From an uncultured virus (IMG/VR IMGVR_UViG_3300044608_000911) (Duplodnaviria; Heunggongvirae; Uroviricota; Caudoviricetes), in the IMG/VR virus record IMGVR_UViG_3300044608_000911: a stretch of 64,000 nucleotides of DNA; one strand, written 5' to 3'. The notes under the pieces were generated by a model. The model worked only from the letters and a program-made list of their open reading frames with translations, had not been told where the DNA came from and did not search any database. How positions within the stretch are numbered: the stretch's first letter is position 1; every line of letters starts with the position of its first letter. The translations under genes and the position numbers were made by a program. Positions 36,025 through 45,429 of this stretch are shown here, piece after piece.

Positions 36025-38510
36025 TCAAAGAAACTCCCGATAGAAATTTTTTTCTCGTGTGTCCATCCAATACATTGTAGCACATTTTTGAGAGGTTCGA
36101 GGAACGACTTTTCAAATTGTGTCTGATAATCCACGTACTTCTCCAGTCCAAACTCCTGGGGAAGGTCACCAAAGAAACTAATACAGTTCTCATGAATTGG
36201 ATTAGGAGTTTTCAAATACATGAACTTGATTTTCTCACCCTCTTGAATAAGAGGATGTTTGTTCTCAATATTGTACTTCTTGATGTAATGATTATAGAGT
36301 AGTGCTCCCCTTACATGAATGGGGGTTGCCTTCTGGTAGATTTCGTGGGGGTGTCTATACTTTGCCAAATTGTTGACGCCTCTGGGGAAAGCAACTTCGT
36401 TGTAGGGTCGCTTTCTGGTTTCATTGCGGACATCATTGATGAAACTGATGAGTTCATCATTTGTTTTGCCGATAATGATTTTGAAGGCTTCATATAATTT
36501 GTCTCGGAAATATGCTGGTGTAGAAGACCTAGCAGTTTCAAGTCCCATAATTTTCATCTTGGGATCGGCATATCGCACACCTTCGCTATCCCATACATTC
36601 AAAATGTAACGCTTCTTTGCTGTCCAGATGCCACGGTCGGCAATATTCTCCCGTTTCATCTGCATCTTCTGATCATAAGCATTCACATAATCTGCCAGTT
36701 CTTGATAGGACTTTTCAATAAAAGGTTCAATCTGTGACTGACATGCTTTATCCAGAAAAGAAACAATCTTTGCTTTCTCTGGCAATTTATCACCAAAGAC
36801 ATTTTGAACAAGAGCATCAAGACACAGATAGATGCTATCAGTATCAGAAGCAATCACATAATCAACGTCACCAGTCTTCAACACCTTATTTAGATACTGG
36901 TTCATTTTGTTCTCAATCCAACGGATAGAGAGCTGACCAGACAAAGTGATCGCTTCAGCATTTGCCAACTTGTAATAACGGAAGTGCTCGTTACCAATAG
37001 CACCATAAGCAGAGTTCAGAGAAATCTTCTTTGCCATCTGAATGTTATTGTATCTGGCAATATCCTTCATGAGTTCCACGGTAGGTGTCTTCTCATACTG
37101 CTGTTTGGCAGCAAGCATTTTCTTCTTGTAGATGACACGACCATCATACATTTTCTGCATCATCTGAGGCAGGAAACCATGAATGTCTTTACGATACTGT
37201 GCGCCGTTAGCGGCAACACAATACTCAGTATCCAGTTCAATCTCTTTATTCAGGAACCCTTCAACATTTGCGCTGGGATGGCGCCGTTCGGTGAGTGTCT
37301 CTGGCGAGATGTTGTACTGCATAATAAGATGAGGATACAGACTATTGAGATCAAAACTGACCACCCAATTGTAAAACCCAGGTATCGGTTCCTTAACATA
37401 TGCCCCCGCATACTTCTCCGTTTTAGTTGCTTCTTTCTTGGGAGGAATAGCGACTTTACGTTTCAATAGCTCCACATATATGTAGTTATCCCACATCCGA
37501 ACTTGACTAAACACATCTTCATAATTCACCTTGGCGTCATATGCCATAGTGAACGCAAGTTCGAGCAACTTCATCTTGTCGTCTAGTTGATCCACCAGGC
37601 GAACGTCATGAATGTTATATTCAATAAACTTCTGCCAGTCATTCTCATAGAACTCTTTGAAGGTATCAAACTCACTGTGATCCAGTTTCTTGGCACCAAG
37701 TTCTACGTTACAGATATGATCCAAACGGTAACTCTCCTGATTTGTATAAGTAAATTTCTTATACAACTCAAGATAGTCTAGCGTGGAGATGCCAAGAGTA
37801 TCAATCGCAAACTGCTTGCGACCTTTGATGAAGATCTCACGCTTTGATACAAGTTTCCATGGAGAAAGAACCTTTGTAAATTTTTCCCCGAGGATACGAT
37901 CAATGCGATTGTGGATGTACGGCATGTCAAACAACTGTACGTTCCAACCAGTAATCACATCTGGAAAGTTTGCTTGCCAGAATTCGAGGAATGCTCCCAA
38001 CATGCTTTCTTCATGGCGGAAATGCATGTAGTCCACCATGGGATCTTTGTTATTGAATGGTCGTGCCCCGAACACAGTAATTCGACCAGTGAAGCTGTCT
38101 TTGATAGAGATGGCAAGGATCTCCTGATCGGCAGTTTCAATGTCAGGGAAACCGTTTTCGGCAGCGGTTTCAATGTCAATCGTAAATACACGGATCTTAC
38201 TGCTGTCAAACTTGACTTCTTCCTCTGGGTGTTCTTCAGCAATGTATTGATAAAGAAATCTAGTATTGCCATAGATCTCAAAGTCTTCTACTTCTTTGTA
38301 TTGCTTTACAAAATCTCGTGCCTCAGTAATAGAACCAAACTTATGTGGTTCCACACAATCTCCCTCAAGAGTGCGCCATTCAGAATAGTTCTTTGTAGGC
38401 AAGTACAGCGTGGGGTTGAAGGGAACCTTCACGCTGTAGCGATTGCCATTTTCATAACCACGGACTAGCAAACGGTTGCCAGCTTGTTCAACATTAGTAT
38501 AAAACTTCAT
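36021..38510 (-). CDS. g43: family B DNA polymerase gp43
   Basis: DIET exo, SFDLNSLYP, KISLNSAYG, SDTDS, KKRY; uninterrupted. Confidence 0.99.
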   Translation of the reverse strand: MKFYTNVEQAGNRLLVRGYENGNRYSVKVPFNPTLYLPTKNYSEWRTLEGDCVEPHKFGSITEARDFVKQYKEVEDFEIYGNTRFLYQYIAEEHPEEEVKFDSSKIRVFTIDIETAAENGFPDIETADQEILAISIKDSFTGRITVFGARPFNNKDPMVDYMHFRHEESMLGAFLEFWQANFPDVITGWNVQLFDMPYIHNRIDRILGEKFTKVLSPWKLVSKREIFIKGRKQFAIDTLGISTLDYLELYKKFTYTNQESYRLDHICNVELGAKKLDHSEFDTFKEFYENDWQKFIEYNIHDVRLVDQLDDKMKLLELAFTMAYDAKVNYEDVFSQVRMWDNYIYVELLKRKVAIPPKKEATKTEKYAGAYVKEPIPGFYNWVVSFDLNSLYPHLIMQYNISPETLTERRHPSANVEGFLNKEIELDTEYCVAANGAQYRKDIHGFLPQMMQKMYDGRVIYKKKMLAAKQQYEKTPTVELMKDIARYNNIQMAKKISLNSAYGAIGNEHFRYYKLANAEAITLSGQLSIRWIENKMNQYLNKVLKTGDVDYVIASDTDSIYLCLDALVQNVFGDKLPEKAKIVSFLDKACQSQIEPFIEKSYQELADYVNAYDQKMQMKRENIADRGIWTAKKRYILNVWDSEGVRYADPKMKIMGLETARSSTPAYFRDKLYEAFKIIIGKTNDELISFINDVRNETRKRPYNEVAFPRGVNNLAKYRHPHEIYQKATPIHVRGALLYNHYIKKYNIENKHPLIQEGEKIKFMYLKTPNPIHENCISFFGDLPQEFGLEKYVDYQTQFEKSFLEPLKNVLQCIGWTHEKKISIGSFFE

Positions 38511-38779
38511 TCAGATTTTGGCGGATCAACTTTAAGTAGATAAGCAGCAAGAAGTTTGGTGCTTGGATTGACAAGTGTGGTGATGTCAGAAGACCTAACG
38601 ATCACCTCACGATCATTTGAATGGGGAGGCCATTGGTTGATCTCCCCATCACATTCTACCACGTATGGATCGCGTAGGACACAATCGGGGTCACCTATCG
38701 AAGTGGCACCCTCAATCTCTTCGACCTGCGCGATGATCCACTCATTCGCCAGCTTCAGTAGGTTCGCTGCTATCTCCAT
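38507..38779 (-). CDS. small Sm-like beta-barrel protein
   Basis: LLKLANEWIIAQV...LRDPYVV...WPP. Confidence 0.65.
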   Translation of the reverse strand: MEIAANLLKLANEWIIAQVEEIEGATSIGDPDCVLRDPYVVECDGEINQWPPHSNDREVIVRSSDITTLVNPSTKLLAAYLLKVDPPKSE

Positions 38780-39128
38780 TTGGTTGTTCTTCCTTTACTT
38801 CATAAAATAATTGATCTTCTGTAATTCCAGCTTCTGATAATTTGTTGATATAGTTATCAAGGATATTATTATCTGGATAAACAACGCTAATAATATGATC
38901 TCCGCTAATACGATGTTCTTCGATGGGACTATATGGACACCAACGTTTGTAAGAAATTGGAATGGTTCCATCTTCATTTGGATCAGAAAGAGTTAGAACA
39001 AAAGGATATACCAATTTGTATCCAATCACTTTATCTTCTTCACTGCGAACTTCTCCAAACAAACATAGAATGCGTTCAGATGTTACTAGTGTAACAATAC
39101 GAATATTATGATTGGTTTTCAGATCCAT
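38742..39128 (-). CDS. small Sm-like beta-barrel protein
   Basis: IVTLVTSERIL...LVYPFVL...WCPYS. Confidence 0.65.
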   Translation of the reverse strand: MDLKTNHNIRIVTLVTSERILCLFGEVRSEEDKVIGYKLVYPFVLTLSDPNEDGTIPISYKRWCPYSPIEEHRISGDHIISVVYPDNNILDNYINKLSEAGITEDQLFYEVKEEQPNGDSSEPTEAGE

Positions 39129-39453
39129 TTCCTAGTTCCCTCTTTTGAGTAATTTTATTTTCATAGGCTTTTTGTAATCCAGGTTCTGGACTACTGATTG
39201 TCATAATACAATCATACGGAATTTTAAACATTGTATCTGGAGAATATGGATTCCACTTACTAAAGCGAACCTGATATTCCATACCATGTGCTTCTGTTAG
39301 AAATTGTGGGGTGGCGCCATCAAGACTTAAAACATAAGGTTCTTCCATCAAAAGACAAATACCTTTTTTATTATCATCTTCACCATCGAAGACTTCTTTA
39401 AGTTCAGTGATGACACGATCACCCGTCTTTAGTGTAACGATTGATACTGCCAT
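39106..39453 (-). CDS. small Sm-like beta-barrel protein
   Basis: IVTLKTGDRVI...MEEPYVL...WNPYS. Confidence 0.65.
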   Translation of the reverse strand: MAVSIVTLKTGDRVITELKEVFDGEDDNKKGICLLMEEPYVLSLDGATPQFLTEAHGMEYQVRFSKWNPYSPDTMFKIPYDCIMTISSPEPGLQKAYENKITQKRELGNGSENQS

Positions 39454-39517
39454 AGGATATTATATGTTTGATATTAGTTTAGCATCAAAAAGGGGCACCG
39501 TCAAGTGCCCCGAATAT

Positions 39518-39922
39518 TTAGAACCACTTCTTCCTTTTCTGTTTCTCTGGAAGTTCTTTCCTCAACACAATACTCAATAAACCATCTTTAAATTCAACAC
39601 TCTCTACTTCAACGTCTTCTGACATTTCCCAGTTGCGAGTAAATGATCTTTGAGAAATTCCCTTGTGCTGATATTTGCGTTCTTTATCTTCTTTTGATTT
39701 ATTTGCTGATACCGTCAGAAGATGTCGTTCAGTCGTGACTTCAATATCTTCACTTGTAAATCCAGCCAGAGCGACCTCAAGTATGGTTCTGCCATCGTCT
39801 CCGTTAACCACATTGTACGGAGGATAACTAGATCCATTTCCTGCAATAGCTTCCAGTCTTCTGAATGTTTCATCAAAACCAATTGAATAGGGGGTATATG
39901 TTTCTAAATTAAATGTTACCAT
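39518..39922 (-). CDS. hsp20: small heat-shock protein
   Basis: YPPYN, EVALAGF, HKGISQRSF, DGLL. Confidence 0.95.
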   Translation of the reverse strand: MVTFNLETYTPYSIGFDETFRRLEAIAGNGSSYPPYNVVNGDDGRTILEVALAGFTSEDIEVTTERHLLTVSANKSKEDKERKYQHKGISQRSFTRNWEMSEDVEVESVEFKDGLLSIVLRKELPEKQKRKKWF

Positions 39923-40028
39923 TGTCCTAAAAAGCGACGTTTACATGTGACCCGTAAGGCATCACAATAATAATTATACACTTCGCATAAAAAATGGGGG
40001 TGATGAAAACCCCCATGAATACTACGGT

Positions 40029-40451
40029 TTACTCAACCGATTTTTTTCTTCCAATATTATATTTGCTTTCCAAAGTCCATTCATCTTTTTCTTTGAAAGC
40101 AAGCACCTTGATTTGATTTAGTGGAGCAAGATCAGCAATCTTTTCTGGAGTTACGATCGTAATTAATCCCCAGTCACTCAACAGTTGAATAATACGATTG
40201 CGGCGTTGTACATCATTCAGTGAAAGATTGGTGTTCTTTCCATCAAGAGCAAACAACTCCTTGAAATGAACAATATAGTACTTACCCTGCTTATGCAGAA
40301 TGTGACAAGATTGATAGATCTTCTTTTCTTTACGAGAAGCTACACCAATTCTTGTCAGGGTTTCCCTCACTTTTAAGAAGTCATCTGGTTCGTTCAGAAT
40401 GACTTCTACCATGTCAGCTTGCTTCCACTGGATTTCAGTTTCAACACTCAT
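40029..40451 (-). CDS. regA: translational repressor RegA
   Basis: FLKVRETLTRIG, CHILHKQG, HFKELF. Confidence 0.97.
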   Translation of the reverse strand: MSVETEIQWKQADMVEVILNEPDDFLKVRETLTRIGVASRKEKKIYQSCHILHKQGKYYIVHFKELFALDGKNTNLSLNDVQRRNRIIQLLSDWGLITIVTPEKIADLAPLNQIKVLAFKEKDEWTLESKYNIGRKKSVE

Positions 40452-40834
40452 TTTCTTCCACCTTTATTCAGTACCTTTGTAATATGATCTAACTGATCCT
40501 TGGTGAGAACCCTGAGTGCCTGGAGTGCTTTATCGTCATTATAACCATAATACTCTTTGACTACTTCAAGATAATCAATAGAATCTTTTTTCGCCCAAGG
40601 AGAAAATCTTTTCCTTGGTTTGATACTATTTAGAAGAAAATCATATTGAAGCTTTTTTGGAAGATGACAATTCTTGTTCATCTCGTTCACAAACAAGATT
40701 GTATCTGTGAATGAACTCAGGCAGCGATTAATAATATAAGGTGGATATGCTTTCTCAGCATCAACATCATCTTCAAGAATATTTTTCTTGGACTGATTGA
40801 TGCTGTATAGGTAATCTTTCAGTTGGTATGTCAT
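40448..40834 (-). CDS. g62: clamp loader small subunit gp62
   Basis: YPPYIINRCLS, KRFSPW, EYYGY. Confidence 0.92.
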   Translation of the reverse strand: MTYQLKDYLYSINQSKKNILEDDVDAEKAYPPYIINRCLSSFTDTILFVNEMNKNCHLPKKLQYDFLLNSIKPRKRFSPWAKKDSIDYLEVVKEYYGYNDDKALQALRVLTKDQLDHITKVLNKGGRK

Positions 40835-40982
40835 TCCAGTGTCTTACGACCCCCGCGATAATGAATAAATTAGTAATGAAATAAGTACAGAATATAATAG
40901 TCCGTATATGAGCAATGTTGTCTGCTTCTCGTTTATCATCGGATGCTTTTTCCCCGAGTGCTTTACACCATAGACGCCACAT
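40773..40982 (-). CDS. small membrane protein
   Basis: WRLWCKALGEKA...TNLFIIAGVVRHW. Confidence 0.7.
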   Translation of the reverse strand: MWRLWCKALGEKASDDKREADNIAHIRTIIFCTYFITNLFIIAGVVRHWNDIPTERLPIQHQSVQEKYS

Positions 40983-41125
40983 TATTTGAATACAGCAGTA
41001 ACATTTACGACTTTAGCAGTAGGATTGCGAGCAAGGGCAGTCTGGCGAGCATCCTGGTAGTTTGCTGCCTCAACAATCTCATCAAAGAGACGACCAGCAA
41101 CGTAGAGTTGAACTTTAATTTTCAT
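40982..41125 (-). CDS. small hypothetical protein (47 aa)
   Basis: Not in ORF track; MKIKVQLYVAGRLFDEIVEAANYQDARQTALARNPTAKVVNVTAVFK. Confidence 0.7.
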   Translation of the reverse strand: MKIKVQLYVAGRLFDEIVEAANYQDARQTALARNPTAKVVNVTAVFK

Positions 41126-41942
41126 AGTTGTAAAGGACGAGTTCCTTGCGTTCTGCTTGATCTATTGTATACGACCCAACCGACCGCATGGTGTAGGTAT
41201 GTGCAAATTCTCCAACTGTCCACCCCTGGAACCGCTCCTTGACGAGGTTGGAATTGTTGTATGAAACTAGTTGAGGACAAAGATGGCGATCACAATCAGC
41301 AGCAAACTTATCGTGATCAAATCCTTTGTGCATTGATCCCTTACGCCCATAGAGGTTGTCCTTAATGTCATAAGGAGGATCAAGATAAACAAATACATTT
41401 TTCTGATCGGTCAGCATATCTTCGTATGACCAGTTAGTGATGTACCAGTCTTTGATCAACTTACCATACTCAGGGATCTTCTCGATACCATTCATAGAGA
41501 AGTTACTAACACTTGCTTGTGCTGAGAAAGAAGAGCTTTCAGTCAGACCAGAGAAAGAACACTTATTGATAATGTAGAAAGCAACAGCACGGTAGAAGTC
41601 TTCTGCTTCAGGATGATTAAGTTGAATCTTCATCTCATTGAAGAGTTGTCGAGCAAGTTCTGGAGTGTCGTAATCTTCTTTATAACCTTTGATACAACGA
41701 TGTAATTCTTCTGGTTCATCACGAAGGATAGACCAGAAAGTGTATAGAGGATTGTACAGATCATTCACCCAGATTTGAATGCCAGGATACCGCTTAGTCA
41801 CTTCAAGTGCTACAGATCCACCACCAATAAAAGGTTCCCGAAACTCATGAAAGTTCTTCAGGTTAGGCATGTATTGAAAGATCTTAGGAAGTGCTCTACT
41901 CTTCCCCCCTGGGTAACGTAATGGAGTTTTCAGGGATTTCAT
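41115..41942 (-). CDS. dam: Dam-like DNA adenine methyltransferase
   Basis: LRYPGGKS, EPFIGGGS, YLDPPY; likely start MKSLK at 41942. Confidence 0.93.
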   Translation of the reverse strand: MKSLKTPLRYPGGKSRALPKIFQYMPNLKNFHEFREPFIGGGSVALEVTKRYPGIQIWVNDLYNPLYTFWSILRDEPEELHRCIKGYKEDYDTPELARQLFNEMKIQLNHPEAEDFYRAVAFYIINKCSFSGLTESSSFSAQASVSNFSMNGIEKIPEYGKLIKDWYITNWSYEDMLTDQKNVFVYLDPPYDIKDNLYGRKGSMHKGFDHDKFAADCDRHLCPQLVSYNNSNLVKERFQGWTVGEFAHTYTMRSVGSYTIDQAERKELVLYNYEN

Positions 41943-42135
41943 AGTCTGGGGCATGATATTTAAGATACTCAAAGAACGTTAGTTTCATTTCCTTCTGCGT
42001 CATACCACAGTGTTTGGCAGCAGCAGGTAGGGTCATTCTAGCACGAAAGAGAGCTTCGTTTGCCTCTCTCACATTATCAGGAGTTGTCTTTACTGGGACA
42101 TCATATAGGTCCCACTTATTAATTTTTGGAAACAT
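41896..42135 (-). CDS. small HTH-like hypothetical protein
   Basis: LPAAAKHCGMTQKEMK. Confidence 0.7.
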   Translation of the reverse strand: MFPKINKWDLYDVPVKTTPDNVREANEALFRARMTLPAAAKHCGMTQKEMKLTFFEYLKYHAPDYEIPENSITLPRGEE

Positions 42136-43025
42136 TATTCACCACAACGCATTTTAGCATATTCAAATATTTTTCCTGGGATGTTTATACCCAAAGCGTT
42201 CTCGAAACCGTAAAATCCTGGCGAGGAATTTGCTTCACAGATCCTGTATCCATCTTCGTGGAAAAGAAGATCAACACCAGCGATGTCAAGATCAAGAACT
42301 TTTGCTGTTTGAATGGCAAGTAGTTCCATTTTTTCATCAACATCATAAGCTACTCCTTTACCTCCACGGGATATGTTTGCTTTAAAGGATCCATCGGTAC
42401 TTTGGCGAAGCATAGCACCAACGACCCTGCCACCAATAACGATAACACGAAGATCACGTCCCTCTGTATATTGTACATATTCTTGGACGATCATACTGTT
42501 CTTAAAGTCTAGGGCAGAAATCAATTCTGACAAGTCAGCAAATTGTTTTTTATTCTCACAGAGATAGACCCCAGCTCCATGTGATCCAGTAATCACTTTG
42601 ACTACACAAGGAAAACCTACTTGTTTTTCAACTAAATCACAATCACTTGGAAAGCGAGTAAGCATGGTTTTGGGAATAGGAAGTCCTGCCTGTGCCAAAA
42701 TCTGATTGGCATACATCTTATCTTTTGCTGCGATGATCGCATCAGAGTTTGGCAAAGTAGGAACATTCAGTCTTTCGAACTGCCGCAAGACGGACAAGTT
42801 ATAGTTACCAGTAGCAGAGCCTGTCCTAGCGAGTAGAACATCTGGGAGGCTAACGATCTCATTTTGGTAACGGATTGATTTTCTGTCATCACGAGAAACA
42901 ATAAGGTCAATTTCATCAGCATAGACAATCTTGAAATCAATTCCAAGTTGTTCTGCTTCTTCTAAAAATCTATCTCTTTCGTAAACTTCTTTTGTTTTAC
43001 GATTTGCTAGCATCCAAGTTTTCAT
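42135..43025 (-). CDS. rimK: RimK-family ATP-grasp alpha-L-glutamate ligase
   Basis: AKDK..Q.L..AGLPIPKT, VVK..GSHGAGV, QEYV..GRDLRV, FKANISRGG, AGVDLL, EANSSPG. Confidence 0.9.
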   Translation of the reverse strand: MKTWMLANRKTKEVYERDRFLEEAEQLGIDFKIVYADEIDLIVSRDDRKSIRYQNEIVSLPDVLLARTGSATGNYNLSVLRQFERLNVPTLPNSDAIIAAKDKMYANQILAQAGLPIPKTMLTRFPSDCDLVEKQVGFPCVVKVITGSHGAGVYLCENKKQFADLSELISALDFKNSMIVQEYVQYTEGRDLRVIVIGGRVVGAMLRQSTDGSFKANISRGGKGVAYDVDEKMELLAIQTAKVLDLDIAGVDLLFHEDGYRICEANSSPGFYGFENALGINIPGKIFEYAKMRCGE

Positions 43026-43966
43026 TTGAATTCACAACTCATCATCAGTTCTGTTAGACACGCTAACATATTTACTTCCTGATCTGGGACAATTGTGATG
43101 TCACGCATATATTTTGCGATGATTAATACTGCCTCGGGAATAGAAGCTGGTTTAAGAACATCATACAGACTGTCATAAACCTTACGCATCATCATGCTGG
43201 GGTCATTATCAAGATGCTGAACAACCCAGTTCTTCACAGTAGTAAATTCTTTCTTCTTCAGCGAAGTGAGTAGAGCATCCAAATTGACATCAGCGACATC
43301 AACAAGAATAGCGGAACTGATAGCGCCAGTCGCAGCATAACGCTGACATTCGTTGATAAGTCGGCGCCAGTCTGGATAGTATCGCTTGACAAGTTTTGCG
43401 AGGACTTTATCTTCATACTGTACCTGTTCGTGGGTCAGAATAGTTTTCAGGCGAGTGAAGAACTCACCTTGAAGTTGAACTGCCTGGTCTGGTTTGATCC
43501 TGAAATCCACGACCGTACAGCGGGAATGGAGAGGTTCAATAATCTTGTTGATGAAGTTACAAGTGAAGATGAAGCGGCAGTTGCCATGGAACTCCTCCAC
43601 GGCGGTCCTGAGGGACAGTTGAACGTCGTTGGTGGTGTTGTCTGCCTCGTCAATTATGACGACCTTGTGGGAGGCACCAGAGGTCAATGAGACAGTTGTG
43701 GCGAATTGCCTGACACGGTTGCGGACCGTATCGAGGAAGCGCCCCTCGTCCGAACCGTTAATGACAATATAGGATGCCCCGATCTCATTACACAATGCTT
43801 TGGCAATTGTGGTCTTTCCGACACCAGCAGTGCCAGTAAGTAAAAGGTTAGGGATCTCTTCTTGTGCGACAAATCCTTTGAATACGTCTTTGATATTTTC
43901 TGGAAGGATACAATCCTCCACGATGGAAGGACGATACTTCTCAACCCACAAAAACTCTTTACTCAT
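43022..43966 (-). CDS. g44: clamp loader large subunit gp44
   Basis: WVEKYRP, GTAGVGKT, IDEAD, HSRC. Confidence 0.97.
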   Translation of the reverse strand: MSKEFLWVEKYRPSIVEDCILPENIKDVFKGFVAQEEIPNLLLTGTAGVGKTTIAKALCNEIGASYIVINGSDEGRFLDTVRNRVRQFATTVSLTSGASHKVVIIDEADNTTNDVQLSLRTAVEEFHGNCRFIFTCNFINKIIEPLHSRCTVVDFRIKPDQAVQLQGEFFTRLKTILTHEQVQYEDKVLAKLVKRYYPDWRRLINECQRYAATGAISSAILVDVADVNLDALLTSLKKKEFTTVKNWVVQHLDNDPSMMMRKVYDSLYDVLKPASIPEAVLIIAKYMRDITIVPDQEVNMLACLTELMMSCEFK

Positions 43967-44298
43967 TCCAACTCTCTCAAAATAGTTTGTTTCACAATAT
44001 CAGTGGCATTTAATTCTGCCCGCATGTATTCTACACCGTCTTCTGGTCTAGTGTGATCTCCACAAGTAAAGATGTCACAAACTGCTGTGCCATTCTCTGG
44101 CCAAGTGTGAATGCTGATATGACTTTCAGCAAGCAGAGCAACAGCTGTAACACCTTGAGGTTCAAATTTATGTGATTTCAAACTTAGTAAAGTAGATTTA
44201 CACCAGATAGATGCTTGATAAAGAATATCTCTGATAAAACCTTCATCATCTAGATCATCAGCGGCACACCCCTTCAGGGTAAAAAGAATGTGTTTCAA
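43963..44298 (-). CDS. speD: S-adenosylmethionine decarboxylase proenzyme
   Basis: FEPQGVT, LAESHISIHTWPE, DIFTCG. Confidence 0.93.
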   Translation of the reverse strand: MKHILFTLKGCAADDLDDEGFIRDILYQASIWCKSTLLSLKSHKFEPQGVTAVALLAESHISIHTWPENGTAVCDIFTCGDHTRPEDGVEYMRAELNATDIVKQTILRELE

Positions 44299-44301
44299 TA
44301 G

Positions 44302-44967
44302 TTACGGCTCCAAAGCGATGTAGTATTTAAGGTCAAGATTTTGATTTGTCCATTCCGAAATCAGATGTTTAGATACTTTGACAACATAATCACCAGGGAA
44401 CAGACGGATGTTTTCAATTTTAACATCCAGTGAATAGTCGCCAGTACAATCACCAGAAATGGATTGCTCGTAAGTATTGCTGGTATCATTCTCTTTGTCA
44501 CGAAGGATGAGTTTGATTTGGTTGTCTTCGCTCTGGAAAGTCAGATCAGGAAGACTATAAACAGCAGATGCTTTTTGAAGTGAAAGCAGATCTTCACCAG
44601 TAATGTTGAACTGAATATCAGCACCAGGAAACTTTACATTCTTTTCTGGCGCAGACTTAAGGGTGATTTCAGGATCAGAAAAATAGTAGCGAGCAGACTT
44701 ACCACCGCCACGGATGCTGACAAAATCGCTAGATGAAAACTCCAGTTCAGGATTGTTAAACAGAGAGATCCCAGAAAGAAACTGACTGAGATCATAAATT
44801 GCGAAGTCCATAGGGAATACTTCTTCACTAGAGAACGCTGCCAGGATGTTCTCCGCATTGCTAATAGTGCGTACTGTGCTTCCCTGTCGGAATACGATGG
44901 AGGAATTGATACTGGAGAAATTTTTGAGGACATCAAAAGTCTTTTTAGATAGGGTTACTTTACTCAT
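44302..44967 (-). CDS. g45: sliding clamp gp45
   Basis: LKNFSSIN, FAIYDLSQFL, YYIALE. Confidence 0.95.
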   Translation of the reverse strand: MSKVTLSKKTFDVLKNFSSINSSIVFRQGSTVRTISNAENILAAFSSEEVFPMDFAIYDLSQFLSGISLFNNPELEFSSSDFVSIRGGGKSARYYFSDPEITLKSAPEKNVKFPGADIQFNITGEDLLSLQKASAVYSLPDLTFQSEDNQIKLILRDKENDTSNTYEQSISGDCTGDYSLDVKIENIRLFPGDYVVKVSKHLISEWTNQNLDLKYYIALEP

Positions 44968-45251
44968 CGGTTGTAATCTTCACGGGTAGCGTTTTTATCG
45001 TTGAAATGCATTAGAAGCACGGCATAGTGTAGCACTTTCATGATGTCCATGCGAGCACTACCTTTCTTATCGTAGCGAGAAGCATACTTCAGGATGTTGC
45101 TACGACAGAAAGCTTCACCATCACCACATGCTTCAATCAGATCCAGCGTTTGGATTTTGTCATCACCAGCAGAGTAATGTTGTTTGTAGGTATTCACGAT
45201 GTAGTCACGCAACTCACTAATGATTGCGTCTTCATTATATTTGAAATTCAT
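44964..45251 (-). CDS. DUF3310-like hypothetical protein
   Basis: HYS...FCRSNILKYASRYDKKG..DIMKVLHY. Confidence 0.75.
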   Translation of the reverse strand: MNFKYNEDAIISELRDYIVNTYKQHYSAGDDKIQTLDLIEACGDGEAFCRSNILKYASRYDKKGSARMDIMKVLHYAVLLMHFNDKNATREDYNR

Positions 45252-45252
45252 T

Positions 45253-45429
45253 TCACTTGTTCCAGATCATTTGAATATTACTATGGTAGCATTCTTGAAC
45301 GTTGCCGTCAAGGTCTTTGACAAATAACTTCAGACCCTCGCCACCTAGGATCTTCACGGTCTTGCCGCCATCAAGGACGGCAAGATGATTTACATACCCG
45401 TGGAACTTATCAAAGTTCGTATTCGACAT
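45253..45429 (-). CDS. small hypothetical protein (58 aa)
   Basis: Not in ORF track; MSNTNFDKFHGYVNHLAVL...QMIWNK. Confidence 0.55.
   Translation of the reverse strand: MSNTNFDKFHGYVNHLAVLDGGKTVKILGGEGLKLFVKDLDGNVQECYHSNIQMIWNK

Noticed and set aside
21098..38510. Inteins or introns in nrdA, nrdB, primase, helicase, polymerase
   Set aside because: Lengths are normal and no intein or intron signatures are visible.
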